NCBI GenBank assembly: GCA_021812345.1
Contig: JAKANP010000002.1
Coordinates: forward strand, 6,394 to 70,393
Direction: 5' to 3'
DNA length: 64,000 nt
DNA from: a bacterium
GTDB taxonomy: Bacteria; Patescibacteriota; Minisyncoccia; UBA6257; JAGOQP01
Part shown: positions 54,076 to 63,252 of the stretch, piece by piece
Position numbering within the stretch: the first letter of the stretch is position 1
Layout: every line of letters begins with the position of its first letter
Notes under the pieces: model-generated
Databases searched by the model: none
The model's input: the letters and a program-made list of their open reading frames with translations, nothing else
What the model was told of the DNA's origin: nothing
Made by a program: the position numbers and the translations under genes

Positions 54076-55361
54076 TAAAATACCACGTTTTCTTTTTTCC
54101 AAATTTCAAGCATTCTGCTGTATTTTGCCATTCTTTCGGGTTTCCCTGGAGCCCCTGATTTTAGACCCCAAGCTCCGGAACCAGCTGCTAAATCCGCGAT
54201 AAAAGAATCCATCGTCTCTCCGCTTCTGTGGCTTACCACTTGTTGCCAATTATTTTCACGAGCCATTTTTATAACATCAATGGTCTCGGATAAAGTTCCA
54301 ATTTGATTGAGTTTTATCAAAATCGCATTTCCTGATTTTTTCTCTATCGCCTCTTTTAATCTTTGAGGATTGGTGGTCGTTAAATCGTCGGTGATAATAA
54401 GTTTTTTTGATTGATTGCTTGTTTTCTGAATCAATAATTCATCGCTGAGACGATGGAAGTCGTCAAAAGATTCTTCGTCAAACGGATCTTCCAAAGAAAT
54501 CAGTTCGTAGCGGTCAAATAAATCGGAATAAAAAACAGAAATCTCTTCCGGAGTCATTTGAGATTTTTCTATGGTATATAAATCGTTTTCCTTAGAATAA
54601 AATTGTGAAGCGGCCGCATCGAGTCCGATTTTTAACGGATAAAGATGACGATTAATCAGTTCTTGCATAATTTCAAGCGCTTCTTCGTTTGTTTTGAACG
54701 GACACACATATCCGGCTTCATCACCCAATAAAACATTTTCTTTGTCATAAATTTTAGAAAGTTCTTTCCCGAGTTTTTTATAAAACTCCTGGCCGACGCT
54801 CAGTCCTATTCCAAAATCTTTTACGGTCGGAATTACCTGAAATTCCTGCAAATCCAAACCTTTTTTGATTCCGAATTTTTTGTCCCAACTTTGAGGAATT
54901 TCCACGTGAGCTCCGCCGTTAACGACATTAAACAATGGACGTGGGAAATCTTCAAAAAGTTTTTTCTGATTGTCCGATAGGTCTTTTAAATAACGATAAA
55001 GTTCAATTCCTCTGGATTTTGACCACGCTCTGGCAAACGCCAAAGACAAAGACAAAATCAGATTTGCTCCAAGATTGCTTTTGTTTTGCGTTCCATCAAG
55101 AGCAATAAGAAGCGAATCAAATTCTCTTTGGTCTCTGAAATTAATTTTTAAAAAATTATTTTTTATTTCCGAAAATTTATCAAAAGCTTTTTTAGGGTCC
55201 AAAACAAACGCCTCATGGGCGCCGGTGCTTTTGCCGGCAGGAACGGAAGCCAAGGCAACCACATTTTTGCCGTCTCCTTCTTTTGCCAGAAGGTGAGCCT
55301 CCAGAGTATTATTGCCGCGAGAATCTTTTATTATCTTTATCTGGCCGTCTATTATTTGCAT
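54075..55361 (-). CDS. eno: Enolase (phosphopyruvate hydratase)
   Basis: Enolase signature SHRSGETMDSFIADLAAG plus N-terminal and barrel-domain blocks. 428 aa. Confidence 0.9.
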   Translation of the reverse strand: MQIIDGQIKIIKDSRGNNTLEAHLLAKEGDGKNVVALASVPAGKSTGAHEAFVLDPKKAFDKFSEIKNNFLKINFRDQREFDSLLIALDGTQNKSNLGANLILSLSLAFARAWSKSRGIELYRYLKDLSDNQKKLFEDFPRPLFNVVNGGAHVEIPQSWDKKFGIKKGLDLQEFQVIPTVKDFGIGLSVGQEFYKKLGKELSKIYDKENVLLGDEAGYVCPFKTNEEALEIMQELINRHLYPLKIGLDAAASQFYSKENDLYTIEKSQMTPEEISVFYSDLFDRYELISLEDPFDEESFDDFHRLSDELLIQKTSNQSKKLIITDDLTTTNPQRLKEAIEKKSGNAILIKLNQIGTLSETIDVIKMARENNWQQVVSHRSGETMDSFIADLAAGSGAWGLKSGAPGKPERMAKYSRMLEIWKKENVVF

Positions 55362-55386
55362 ATTGGATTCTCAAGAAAAAACAAAA

Positions 55387-57849
55387 TTATTTATTTTTTG
55401 CCAAATACACTATCGTTTTTACAACCGAATCCGGATTCAAAGAGATTGCCTGAATTCCTTCTTTAACCAAAAACTTGGCGAATTCCGGATAATCGCTGGG
55501 CGCTTGTCCGCAAATACCGACATATTTTTTTCTGGCATTGCACTTTTTAATTGCTTGAGAAATAAGATTTTTTACCGATTCGTCGTTTTCATTTCCAACG
55601 CCTTTCAATCTCTCTATGCCGTCTCTGTCCAATCCCAAAGTCATTTGGGTCAAATCGTTTGAACCGATACTCATTCCGTCAAAGATATCCAAAAACTTAT
55701 CGGCTAAAATAACATTGGATGGAATTTCACACATCACATAAACCTTAAAGTTCTCGTCTTTTTTGAGCCCGTATTTTGCCATCAGCGATAAAACTTTTTT
55801 GCCTTCGTCAACCGTTCGACAGACCGGGATCATTGTTTGAACATTGGTCAATCCCATTTCCTCGCGAACTTTTTTAATAGCTTTCACCTCAAGAGCAAAT
55901 GCCGGAGCAAAAGCCGGATGATAATAACGCGAAGCGCCTCGCCAGCCGATCATCGGATTTTCCTCATGCGGTTCATAAATTTCTCCGCCAATAAGCTGTC
56001 TGTATTCGTTGGTCTTAAAATCGCTGAAGCGAACGATGATGTCTTTGGGATAAAAAGCGGCGGCAATTTTACCCACTCCATAAGCCAAGTTATCCACATA
56101 ATATTTTTTCTTATCTTTTGCTCCTCCGGTTTTCTTTTCTATCTGAGAAACAATTTTCTTTATTTTTGAATCTCTTTGTGATTTCTTGAGCAACTGGTCA
56201 AATTCAATCAAGGCCATCGGATGAATTCCGATATCGGAAGCGATAATAAATTCTTCCCGAGCCAGTCCCACTCCGCTGTTTGGCAAGAAAGATTTTTCAA
56301 AAGCGGTATCGGGAGTGGCGATATTCATTGAAATTTTTGTTTTTATTTTGGGGAGTTTTTTTATGTCGTGTTCAACCACTTTAAATTTAAGACTGCCGTC
56401 AAAAACATAACCTTCGCTTCCGGTGGTATCTATGGTTATCATCTGTCCGGTTTTTATTTTTTTAGTGGCAACTTCGGTTCCGACAATACACGGAATACCC
56501 AATTCTCTTGAAACGATGGCCGCATGAGAAGTTCTCCCGCCTTTGTCGGTAACAATTGCCGAGGCAATTTTCATTATCGGTTCCCAATCCGGGTCGGTCA
56601 TATCGGTCACCAAAACTTCACCGGATTTAAAATTACCGATTCCTTTAACATCCATAATGATATTTGCTTTGCCTGAAGCAATTTTATTTCCAACCGAAAT
56701 TCCTTTGCATACTTCTTTTCCGCTTCCCGACAATTCGTATTCTTTAATTATTGAAAAATCTTTTTGCGCTTGAACAGTTTCCGGTCTGGCCTGAACAATA
56801 TAAAGCTCCTGAGTTTTTCCGTCTTTGGCCCATTCAATATCCATCGGTGTCCAAACTTTTCTCACTCGGGAATAATGATCTTCTATCATTTTGCCCCACA
56901 TCGAAAGAGTTAAAATTTCTTTATCGTTCAAGACATAAGCGCGTCTTTCATTGTCCGAAGTGGATACAATTTTTGTCGGTTTGGCGCCTTGAAAATTGTA
57001 AATCATTTTTCTGTCTTTTGAACCGTGTTTTTTGCTGACTATCGGCATCAACGAGGATTTTCCGTCTTTGGATTTTATGGCATCGTCAATAAACGGCTTA
57101 AAAACTATATATTCATCGGGAACAATCTCTCCTTGGACAATCATTTCTCCCAATCCCCAGGTGGCATTTACGACAACTATATCTTTGAAACCCGATTCGG
57201 TATCAACCGTAAACATAACTCCCGAAGCCGCTTTGTCGGAACGAACCATTTTCTGAACTCCGACCGAAAGCGCTATTTTTAGATGATCAAAACCTTTATC
57301 CTGCCTGTAAGAAATAGCTCTGTCCGTAAAAAGAGAGGCAATACATTTTCTGACGGCAATAATCAAATTTTCTTCACCAACAATATTCAAATACGTTTCC
57401 TGCTGGCCGGCAAAAGACGCTCCCGGCAAATCTTCGGCAGTAGCCGATGAACGAACCGCAACATCAACATTCGGAAAATATTGTTTCTCCATTTTTCTGT
57501 AATAAGAAACTATCTGTTTTTTCAAATCTGTCGGGAGTTCGGCGGAAACAATCGCTTCCCTGACTGTTTCTCCTTTTTGATAAAGCTCTTTTATATTCTT
57601 GGTGTTTAAATTTTTTAACGTCTCTTTTATAAAATTTTTCAATGTCGTTTTTTTGCCGTCTGCTCCTTTGACAACCCCTTCACTTATAAAATGACGGTAA
57701 GCGGAAGCGGTAATAACAAACCCATCGGGAATGTTGACTCCTTTGGGTTTTAAAAATTTAAGCATTTCTCCCAAGGAAGCGTTTTTTCCTCCGGCTTCGG
57801 GAACATCTTTAATAGTCAACGAAGACATTTCACGAATAAATGGTTTCAT
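55387..57849 (-). CDS. ppsA: Phosphoenolpyruvate synthase (PEP-utilising enzyme family; PPDK not excluded)
   Basis: N-terminal ATP-grasp block VPEAGGKNASLGEM, phospho-histidine swivel domain GGRTSHAAIVSRELGIPCIVG, and a C-terminal PEP/pyruvate TIM-barrel domain. 820 aa fits PpsA better than PPDK. Confidence 0.75.
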   Translation of the reverse strand: MKPFIREMSSLTIKDVPEAGGKNASLGEMLKFLKPKGVNIPDGFVITASAYRHFISEGVVKGADGKKTTLKNFIKETLKNLNTKNIKELYQKGETVREAIVSAELPTDLKKQIVSYYRKMEKQYFPNVDVAVRSSATAEDLPGASFAGQQETYLNIVGEENLIIAVRKCIASLFTDRAISYRQDKGFDHLKIALSVGVQKMVRSDKAASGVMFTVDTESGFKDIVVVNATWGLGEMIVQGEIVPDEYIVFKPFIDDAIKSKDGKSSLMPIVSKKHGSKDRKMIYNFQGAKPTKIVSTSDNERRAYVLNDKEILTLSMWGKMIEDHYSRVRKVWTPMDIEWAKDGKTQELYIVQARPETVQAQKDFSIIKEYELSGSGKEVCKGISVGNKIASGKANIIMDVKGIGNFKSGEVLVTDMTDPDWEPIMKIASAIVTDKGGRTSHAAIVSRELGIPCIVGTEVATKKIKTGQMITIDTTGSEGYVFDGSLKFKVVEHDIKKLPKIKTKISMNIATPDTAFEKSFLPNSGVGLAREEFIIASDIGIHPMALIEFDQLLKKSQRDSKIKKIVSQIEKKTGGAKDKKKYYVDNLAYGVGKIAAAFYPKDIIVRFSDFKTNEYRQLIGGEIYEPHEENPMIGWRGASRYYHPAFAPAFALEVKAIKKVREEMGLTNVQTMIPVCRTVDEGKKVLSLMAKYGLKKDENFKVYVMCEIPSNVILADKFLDIFDGMSIGSNDLTQMTLGLDRDGIERLKGVGNENDESVKNLISQAIKKCNARKKYVGICGQAPSDYPEFAKFLVKEGIQAISLNPDSVVKTIVYLAKNK

Positions 57850-58003
57850 AATAAATTTATTTAGTTAATTATTATTTTGTTGATTATATCACATAATGTT
57901 ATTTTTTTGCATTTTTTTAAAATGATTTCTCTAAAATAACAGCAATAAAAAACAGGCGATTATCATCTAAGATAACCGCCCATAAATCGATACTAAATCA
58001 ATT

Positions 58004-60040
58004 TTAAATAAACAATAAGGCCAGCGCCAAAGTCAAAGTTGATAAAAGTTTGATTAACACATGAAGCGACGGACCGGCAGTGTCTTTAAACGGATCGCCG
58101 ACAGTGTCTCCGGTAACGGCAGCCGCGTGAGTAGCGCTTTTTTTACCTCCCAAATGTCCTTCTTCTATATATTTCTTGGCATTATCCCAAGCGCCTCCTC
58201 CGTTATTCATCATCGTCGCCATCAATATTCCGGTAATAGTGCCGACCATCAAAAATCCGGCTTCAGCTTCGGCGCGTAAAAATATTCCAACCAAAATAGG
58301 AACAGTAACGGCTAGAATTCCGGGCAGAATCATTTCTTTTAAAGCTCCTCTGGTTGTTATATCAACTGCTCTGGCATAATCCGGTTTTTCGGAACCACTC
58401 ATAATTCCCGGTTTTTCTTTAAACTGAGCTCTCACGTCATTAATAATATAGTAGGCGGCTTTTCCAACGGCGCGAATTGCCAGAGACGAAAACAAGAAAA
58501 CAAGCATCGCTCCAATAAGCGCTCCGACAAAAACTTTTACTTTTGCCAAATCAACAATCGAAATATGAACTTCTTCCAAATAAGCCGAGAACAAAAGAAA
58601 TGCCGCCAGCGCCGCTGAACCTATGGCATAACCTTTAGTTAATGCTTTAGTGGTGTTTCCAACGGCATCCAATTTATCGGTGGTCTTTCTTATTTTTTCC
58701 GGAGCGTTGCTCATTTCGGCGATTCCTCCGGCGTTGTCGGTAATCGGTCCAAAAACATCCATCGCCAAAACATAAGCGGCAGTTGCCAACATTCCCATCG
58801 TCGCTACCGCAGTTCCATAAAGACCCCCTGTCGGAACTCCGCTTTGCGAGCCAAACCAATAGGAGAGCAAAAGCGAGGCGCTGATTCCGACAACCGTCAA
58901 TCCGGTCGATTCAAGACCGACGGCAAATCCCGAAATAATATTTGTTGCGTGTCCTGTTTGAGAGGCGGTGGCAATTTCTCTAACCGGCCTGAAACGAGAT
59001 TCGGTATAATATTGAGTGATATAAACAAAAGCGATTGAATTGACTATTCCCACAATCCCCGCCCAAAAGAACCAAAGATTCCCAAGCATGATATCGGTAA
59101 CAAAATAAAAAGCGATAGCGGCCAAAATGCTCGTTACCCAATATCCTTTGTTTAAACTTTTCATCGGATTATCTCCTTCTTTGCTTTTAGCGCTGTAGAT
59201 TCCAATAATGGTAGCAATTAAACCGAATGCTCTTAAAACCAATGGGAACATAATTCCCTTAATTCCAAAAACCGGATAAAGGGCCACGCCCAAAATCATC
59301 GCTCCGATATTTTCAGCGGCGGTGGATTCAAAAATATCAGCTCCTCTTCCGGCGCAATCTCCGACATTGTCTCCAACCAAATCGGCAATAACTGCCGGAT
59401 TTCTTGGGTCATCTTCCGGAATACCGGCTTCTATTTTTCCGACCAAATCCGCTCCAACGTCGGCGGCTTTGGTAAAAATACCTCCGCCTAATTGAGCAAA
59501 CAAAGCAACCAGAGAAGCTCCAAATCCGTATCCGACAATCAACGACGGAATTTTTATAAAATCATATCCCAACAAAGAATAAAACAAAAATAAAAGAGAA
59601 ATTCCAAGCAAACTCATTGAAACAATAATTATTCCCGAAACCGCTCCTCCTCTTAGCGCAACTTTCAAAGCGCCGGGCAATCCGTCTTCGGCGGCGGCAG
59701 CCGCTCTGACATTGGAACGAACCGACATTGACATTGCCACTATTCCGGCAATTGCCGAAGATGCCGCTCCAAAGACAAAAGCTAATGCAGTCTGCCATCC
59801 TTGATCCCATTTACCCGAAAATCCATAAACAAAAAACAACAAAAGAGCCAAAATCATTCCGATGAAACCTATCGTTCTGTACTGACGCTTCAAAAAAGCG
59901 CTTGCTCCTTGTTTAATAATATTTGAAACTTCCTGCAGAGAACTTGACCCTTGCGGCTGGCGCAAAACCCATTTTGCCAGAAACGCGGCAAAAACCAGCG
60001 CCAACAAAGAAATACCTAACGCCAATAAATTGTAATCCAT
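58004..60040 (-). CDS. hppA: Membrane-bound proton/sodium-translocating pyrophosphatase (H+-PPase)
   Basis: GDNVGDCAGRGADIFES and GDTVGDPFKDTAGPSL are H+-PPase signature motifs. About 16 TM helices, 678 aa. Confidence 0.9.
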   Translation of the reverse strand: MDYNLLALGISLLALVFAAFLAKWVLRQPQGSSSLQEVSNIIKQGASAFLKRQYRTIGFIGMILALLLFFVYGFSGKWDQGWQTALAFVFGAASSAIAGIVAMSMSVRSNVRAAAAAEDGLPGALKVALRGGAVSGIIIVSMSLLGISLLFLFYSLLGYDFIKIPSLIVGYGFGASLVALFAQLGGGIFTKAADVGADLVGKIEAGIPEDDPRNPAVIADLVGDNVGDCAGRGADIFESTAAENIGAMILGVALYPVFGIKGIMFPLVLRAFGLIATIIGIYSAKSKEGDNPMKSLNKGYWVTSILAAIAFYFVTDIMLGNLWFFWAGIVGIVNSIAFVYITQYYTESRFRPVREIATASQTGHATNIISGFAVGLESTGLTVVGISASLLLSYWFGSQSGVPTGGLYGTAVATMGMLATAAYVLAMDVFGPITDNAGGIAEMSNAPEKIRKTTDKLDAVGNTTKALTKGYAIGSAALAAFLLFSAYLEEVHISIVDLAKVKVFVGALIGAMLVFLFSSLAIRAVGKAAYYIINDVRAQFKEKPGIMSGSEKPDYARAVDITTRGALKEMILPGILAVTVPILVGIFLRAEAEAGFLMVGTITGILMATMMNNGGGAWDNAKKYIEEGHLGGKKSATHAAAVTGDTVGDPFKDTAGPSLHVLIKLLSTLTLALALLFI

Positions 60041-60223
60041 CTTAAAATAAAAAATTAATTATAATATTTTTCTTTAATCGGCAGTTAAAAAATCAAATGC
60101 CTTTTTTAAACTTAAAACAGCATTTGATTTATAAAAACCAATTTAAGAATTTTTAAGGTTGATAAAAATTTAACAAAAAATTTTTTTCAAGTCAATTTAC
60201 CAAAATAATAAGAAGATTTGTAA

Positions 60224-60592
60224 AAAATGTATTTTGTATTTAGTATTTAGTATTTTGCGCGCCCTCCGTAGCTTTAGCGAAGAAGGAATTTGCCTGCCTG
60301 CCGGTAGGCGGGGAATCCAGTCCACATTGTCATCCTGAATTTATTTCAGGATCCACGTTTCCTGGATTCCAGCCTACGCTGGAATGACGAGAGGGTTTGT
60401 CATCCTGAATTTAGCAGGATCCATGCTTCCTGGATTCCAGCATACGCTGGAATGACAAATGTACCTCAGCTTTTTCAGTTTTTTGGTTAAAAAAATTCCT
60501 CCTTTTCTAAAGGAGGTGGCCTGAGATTTGTCGAAGGAGCTTGTCCTGAGCGAAGTCGAAGGAGCTTGTCCTGAGCGAAGTCGAAGGGTGGA
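60224..60592. repeat. Modular GC-rich intergenic repeat locus C (shared 38-mer, 2x tandem 60-bp hairpin unit, 3x tandem 25-bp unit)
   Basis: Shares the 38-mer GTAAAAAATGTATTTTGTATTTAGTATTTAGTATTTTG, GCCCTCCGTAGCTTTAGCGAAG and GCCTGCCTGCCGGTAGGCGG with locus A. It has a 2x tandem unit TGTCATCCTGAATTTATTTCAGGATCCACGTTTCCTGGATTCCAGCCTACGCTGGAATGAC (60328-60457) with nested inverted repeats. It then has AAAGGAGGTGGC and CTTGTCCTGAGCGAAGTCGAAGGAG x3, shared with locus B. Confidence 0.8.
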
Positions 60593-60600
60593 GAAACAAA

Positions 60601-61017
60601 TCAAAATCCGGTGAGTGATTGCTTTAGAGTATTTAAATAAGTCATTGATTCCCCGTAAATGAGCCAGATGGTAATAATAGAGGAGAGAAAAGTTAAGACG
60701 ATGGCAATGATGCCGATTTTTTTTGCCTGAGGATTTGGTTTCATGAAATATTTTACGCCCGGCCAAAATCCAAGAGGCGGCAGAAAAACGCTTATGAAAT
60801 AAATTCCGATTTGAGTCCAAACGGAAATTCCTCCAAACACTTCTTTTAAATTTTCTCCGCAATTGGGACAGAAATAATATTCCGGTTTTACCGGTTGGTG
60901 GCAAACAGGACAAAAAAGTTGGCTCTGATTATTTTGATTATTCAATGCGCCTGATCCCGCATTGGAATTGGGAACATTATTTGGATTTGAAATCGGCTGA
61001 GAAGAATTATTTTCCAT
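60601..61017 (-). CDS. Zinc-ribbon-domain membrane protein (hypothetical)
   Basis: N/Q/S-rich N-terminus, zinc ribbon CPVCHQPVKPEYYFCPNCGENL, then two TM helices. Confidence 0.45.
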   Translation of the reverse strand: MENNSSQPISNPNNVPNSNAGSGALNNQNNQSQLFCPVCHQPVKPEYYFCPNCGENLKEVFGGISVWTQIGIYFISVFLPPLGFWPGVKYFMKPNPQAKKIGIIAIVLTFLSSIITIWLIYGESMTYLNTLKQSLTGF

Positions 61018-61117
61018 ATCTTTAATATAGTATCAAAAAACGGATACTTTTGAAATATTGCGCCGTCAATTTTTATTTTTATTTGTTAGCCATTAATTCT
61101 TGTGATAAGGTTAAAAT

Positions 61118-61738
61118 GTGATTGCTCAAATAACATTATTCATTCAAAACTATCAATCAATTGTTTATTTGATAGTTTTTTTGGCGATTGTCGCCGAAGG
61201 AGACATTTCTCTCCTTTTATTCGGCGCTTTGAGCAAGATTGGCATTCTTAACTTTCCAAGAACTCTGGGAGTGGTCATCTTAGCGGCGATGACTCATGAT
61301 GTTATTTTTTGGAAAATAGGAGAAAAGTTATCAATGATGAAAAACAAAAAATATCTTTTTTTGGATTTTGAAAAGATGGGACATTTTTTGGACAGAATAA
61401 AGCCATCAATAGGGATTTATGTTATCCTTTCCAAATTTGCCTGGAACTTTAACAGAATAGTAATTGTTTCAAGCGGATATATAAAAACACCAATAAAAAA
61501 ATTCATAAAGTATTCTTTTTTGTCGTCATTTTTGTGGTCTATTAGTTATATGTCGCTGGGATATGTTTTTGCCGATCAAACCGATATTTTCAAACAAAAA
61601 TTGGAAGTTGCCGGAATCCTGGTGGTTGGAATAATTTTAGTTATGGCGTTGTTTGAGATTTATATTAAAAAAGCCGTTAAAAAATACTTTTTCCAAAATA
61701 ACGGTTCCGAAATAAAAAGCGAAAATAATGGAAATTAA
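61118..61738 (+). CDS. DedA/SNARE-associated family membrane protein (tentative)
   Basis: 206-aa polytopic protein with a VYLIVFLAIVAEGDISLLLFGA N-terminal segment resembling the DedA core. Assigned on topology and size only. Confidence 0.4.
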   Translation: MIAQITLFIQNYQSIVYLIVFLAIVAEGDISLLLFGALSKIGILNFPRTLGVVILAAMTHDVIFWKIGEKLSMMKNKKYLFLDFEKMGHFLDRIKPSIGIYVILSKFAWNFNRIVIVSSGYIKTPIKKFIKYSFLSSFLWSISYMSLGYVFADQTDIFKQKLEVAGILVVGIILVMALFEIYIKKAVKKYFFQNNGSEIKSENNGN

Positions 61739-61779
61739 CTTTAAAACAAGATAATATATTTGCAATCAAAAACTCTAAA

Positions 61780-61853
61780 GGACGATTAGCTCAGTTGGTT
61801 AGAGCGTCTCGTTTACACCGAGAAGGTCGCAGGTTCGAATCCTGCATCGTCCA
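61780..61853 (+). tRNA. tRNA-Val (anticodon TAC)
   Basis: Acceptor GGACGAT/ATCGTCC, D-arm TAGCTCAGTTGGTTAGAGCG, anticodon stem-loop TCTCG-TTTACAC-CGAGA giving anticodon TAC, T-arm GCAGGTTCGAATCCTGC, discriminator A. No encoded CCA. Confidence 0.85.
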
Positions 61854-61885
61854 CTATAATTAATATAACAATTTGACGATTTTTA

Positions 61886-62422
61886 ATGAGTTTATTTTCA
61901 ATTGTTTTTTTAATAATAATATTTATTTTAACCTTCGCTTTTTTATCTCTGGCAATCGCGGGAATATCTTTTGCTCCGTGGGTGCCGACAAGCAAAAAAG
62001 ACATCAAGAGAATTATAGAAATAGCCCAAATAAAAGATGGGCAGGTTGTTTATGATTTGGGTTGCGGAATCGGAACGGTTATTTTTGCAATAACAAAACA
62101 ATTACCCGTTCAGGCTGTCGGAATTGAAAGAGCGTGGCCGTTATTTTTAATTTGTTCCGCAAGAAAAAACTTTTACTCTTTAAAAGGAGCTGCCCGTTTT
62201 GAATTCGGAAACTTGTTTAAAAAAGACTTATCGGGCGCCGATGTTATCTATATATTCGGAATGCCCGGAAAAGTTATGCAAAAATTAAAACCCAAAATGG
62301 AGAAAGAGTTAAAAAAAGGAACTAAGATTATTTCGTATGTTTTTCCGGTTGAAGGCTGGAAAGAATCAGGAGTTGATAAAATCAACGGACGACCGTCAAT
62401 CTATCTTTATATAAAAGAGTAG
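61886..62422 (+). CDS. Class I SAM-dependent methyltransferase with N-terminal TM helix
   Basis: SAM-binding motif I VVYDLGCGIGTVIFAI followed by acidic motif II/III blocks. The N-terminal hydrophobic helix suggests a membrane anchor. Confidence 0.55.
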   Translation: MSLFSIVFLIIIFILTFAFLSLAIAGISFAPWVPTSKKDIKRIIEIAQIKDGQVVYDLGCGIGTVIFAITKQLPVQAVGIERAWPLFLICSARKNFYSLKGAARFEFGNLFKKDLSGADVIYIFGMPGKVMQKLKPKMEKELKKGTKIISYVFPVEGWKESGVDKINGRPSIYLYIKE

Positions 62423-62423
62423 A

Positions 62424-62792
62424 TTATTTCTTTCCCCTTCTGATTAAAATATCTTCCTGGACTTTTGAATTGTTTCTTTTAATAACCGACTGTCCGGTGC
62501 CTTTAAGCGCCTTAGCGACCATGCGAGAAATTATCAAAAAAACTTCTTTTGAATTTTTTTCACGGGTAGGATGTTTTTTATAAGTTGCCGCCAAAACTCC
62601 GTTGCGAGCAATGTGATCCTTTAAAAAACGCGCGATGGCGTTTTTTTGGGACAAGGAAAGAATTTTTGATTCGGCAAAATTCCACCATCCCCTTACTTCA
62701 ACGTCTTTTTCTTCCTGATCCGATTGTTTTTCTTTTGTTGGCTCAAATTGAATTTCACTTTTAACAATTTCAAAAATTTTATCTTTGGTCAT
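62424..62792 (-). CDS. GGQ-less paralog of the adjacent RF-1-domain (ArfB-like) protein
   Basis: The N-terminal block (IFEIVKSEIQFEPTKEKQSDQEEKDVEVRGWWNFAESKILSLSQKNAIARFLKD) aligns with the upstream gene (FFEIIKREIRFESSKSSGPGGQNVNKKNTKITGLWNFSVSKLISDEDKKRIQEKL), but SSGPGGQNVN is replaced by KQSDQEEKDV. The basic C-terminal tail is retained. Confidence 0.5.
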   Translation of the reverse strand: MTKDKIFEIVKSEIQFEPTKEKQSDQEEKDVEVRGWWNFAESKILSLSQKNAIARFLKDHIARNGVLAATYKKHPTREKNSKEVFLIISRMVAKALKGTGQSVIKRNNSKVQEDILIRRGKK

Positions 62793-62829
62793 AAATAATT
62801 TAAATTAAATGTTTTCCACCGACCGTCTG

Positions 62830-63252
62830 TTATTCATTAATACGAGCGCGGAGTTTTTTTGTTGCAGAATTCTTTTTTTTAGAAAAAATTCTGATTTCTT
62901 TCTGGGCGGGGGTTGGACCGGTAGGAATTCTTATTTTTTTAACCTTAACCGCTTTCTCTATTAATTTGGACATCAAACTTATAACATCTTTTTTATTGTC
63001 GGATTGAGAACGATTTTTTTGGCTGGATATAGCAATAGCCCTGCCAAAAATAATTTTATTTTTTAATTTTTCTTGTATTCTTTTTTTATCTTCATCACTA
63101 ATTAATTTGGAAACGGAAAAATTCCACAAACCGGTGATTTTTGTATTTTTTTTATTAACATTTTGCCCTCCGGGGCCGGACGATTTTGAGCTTTCAAATC
63201 TTATTTCTCTTTTGATAATCTCAAAAAAGTTTTTCGGCTTTTTGTTAATCAT
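62830..63252 (-). CDS. arfB: Peptidyl-tRNA hydrolase ArfB/YaeJ-like (class I release factor RF-1 domain with GGQ motif)
   Basis: FESSKSSGPGGQNVNKKNTKI is the GGQ catalytic motif in its typical RF-1-domain context. The short 140-aa protein with a lysine/arginine-rich C-terminal tail fits ribosome-rescue factors. Confidence 0.65.
   Translation of the reverse strand: MINKKPKNFFEIIKREIRFESSKSSGPGGQNVNKKNTKITGLWNFSVSKLISDEDKKRIQEKLKNKIIFGRAIAISSQKNRSQSDNKKDVISLMSKLIEKAVKVKKIRIPTGPTPAQKEIRIFSKKKNSATKKLRARINE

Noticed and set aside
60374-60913. 179-aa ORF 60374-60913 (-)
   Set aside because: It runs through repeat locus C and out of frame across the better-supported zinc-ribbon gene 60601-61017. 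Its His/Arg/Ser-rich composition is a GC-repeat artefact.
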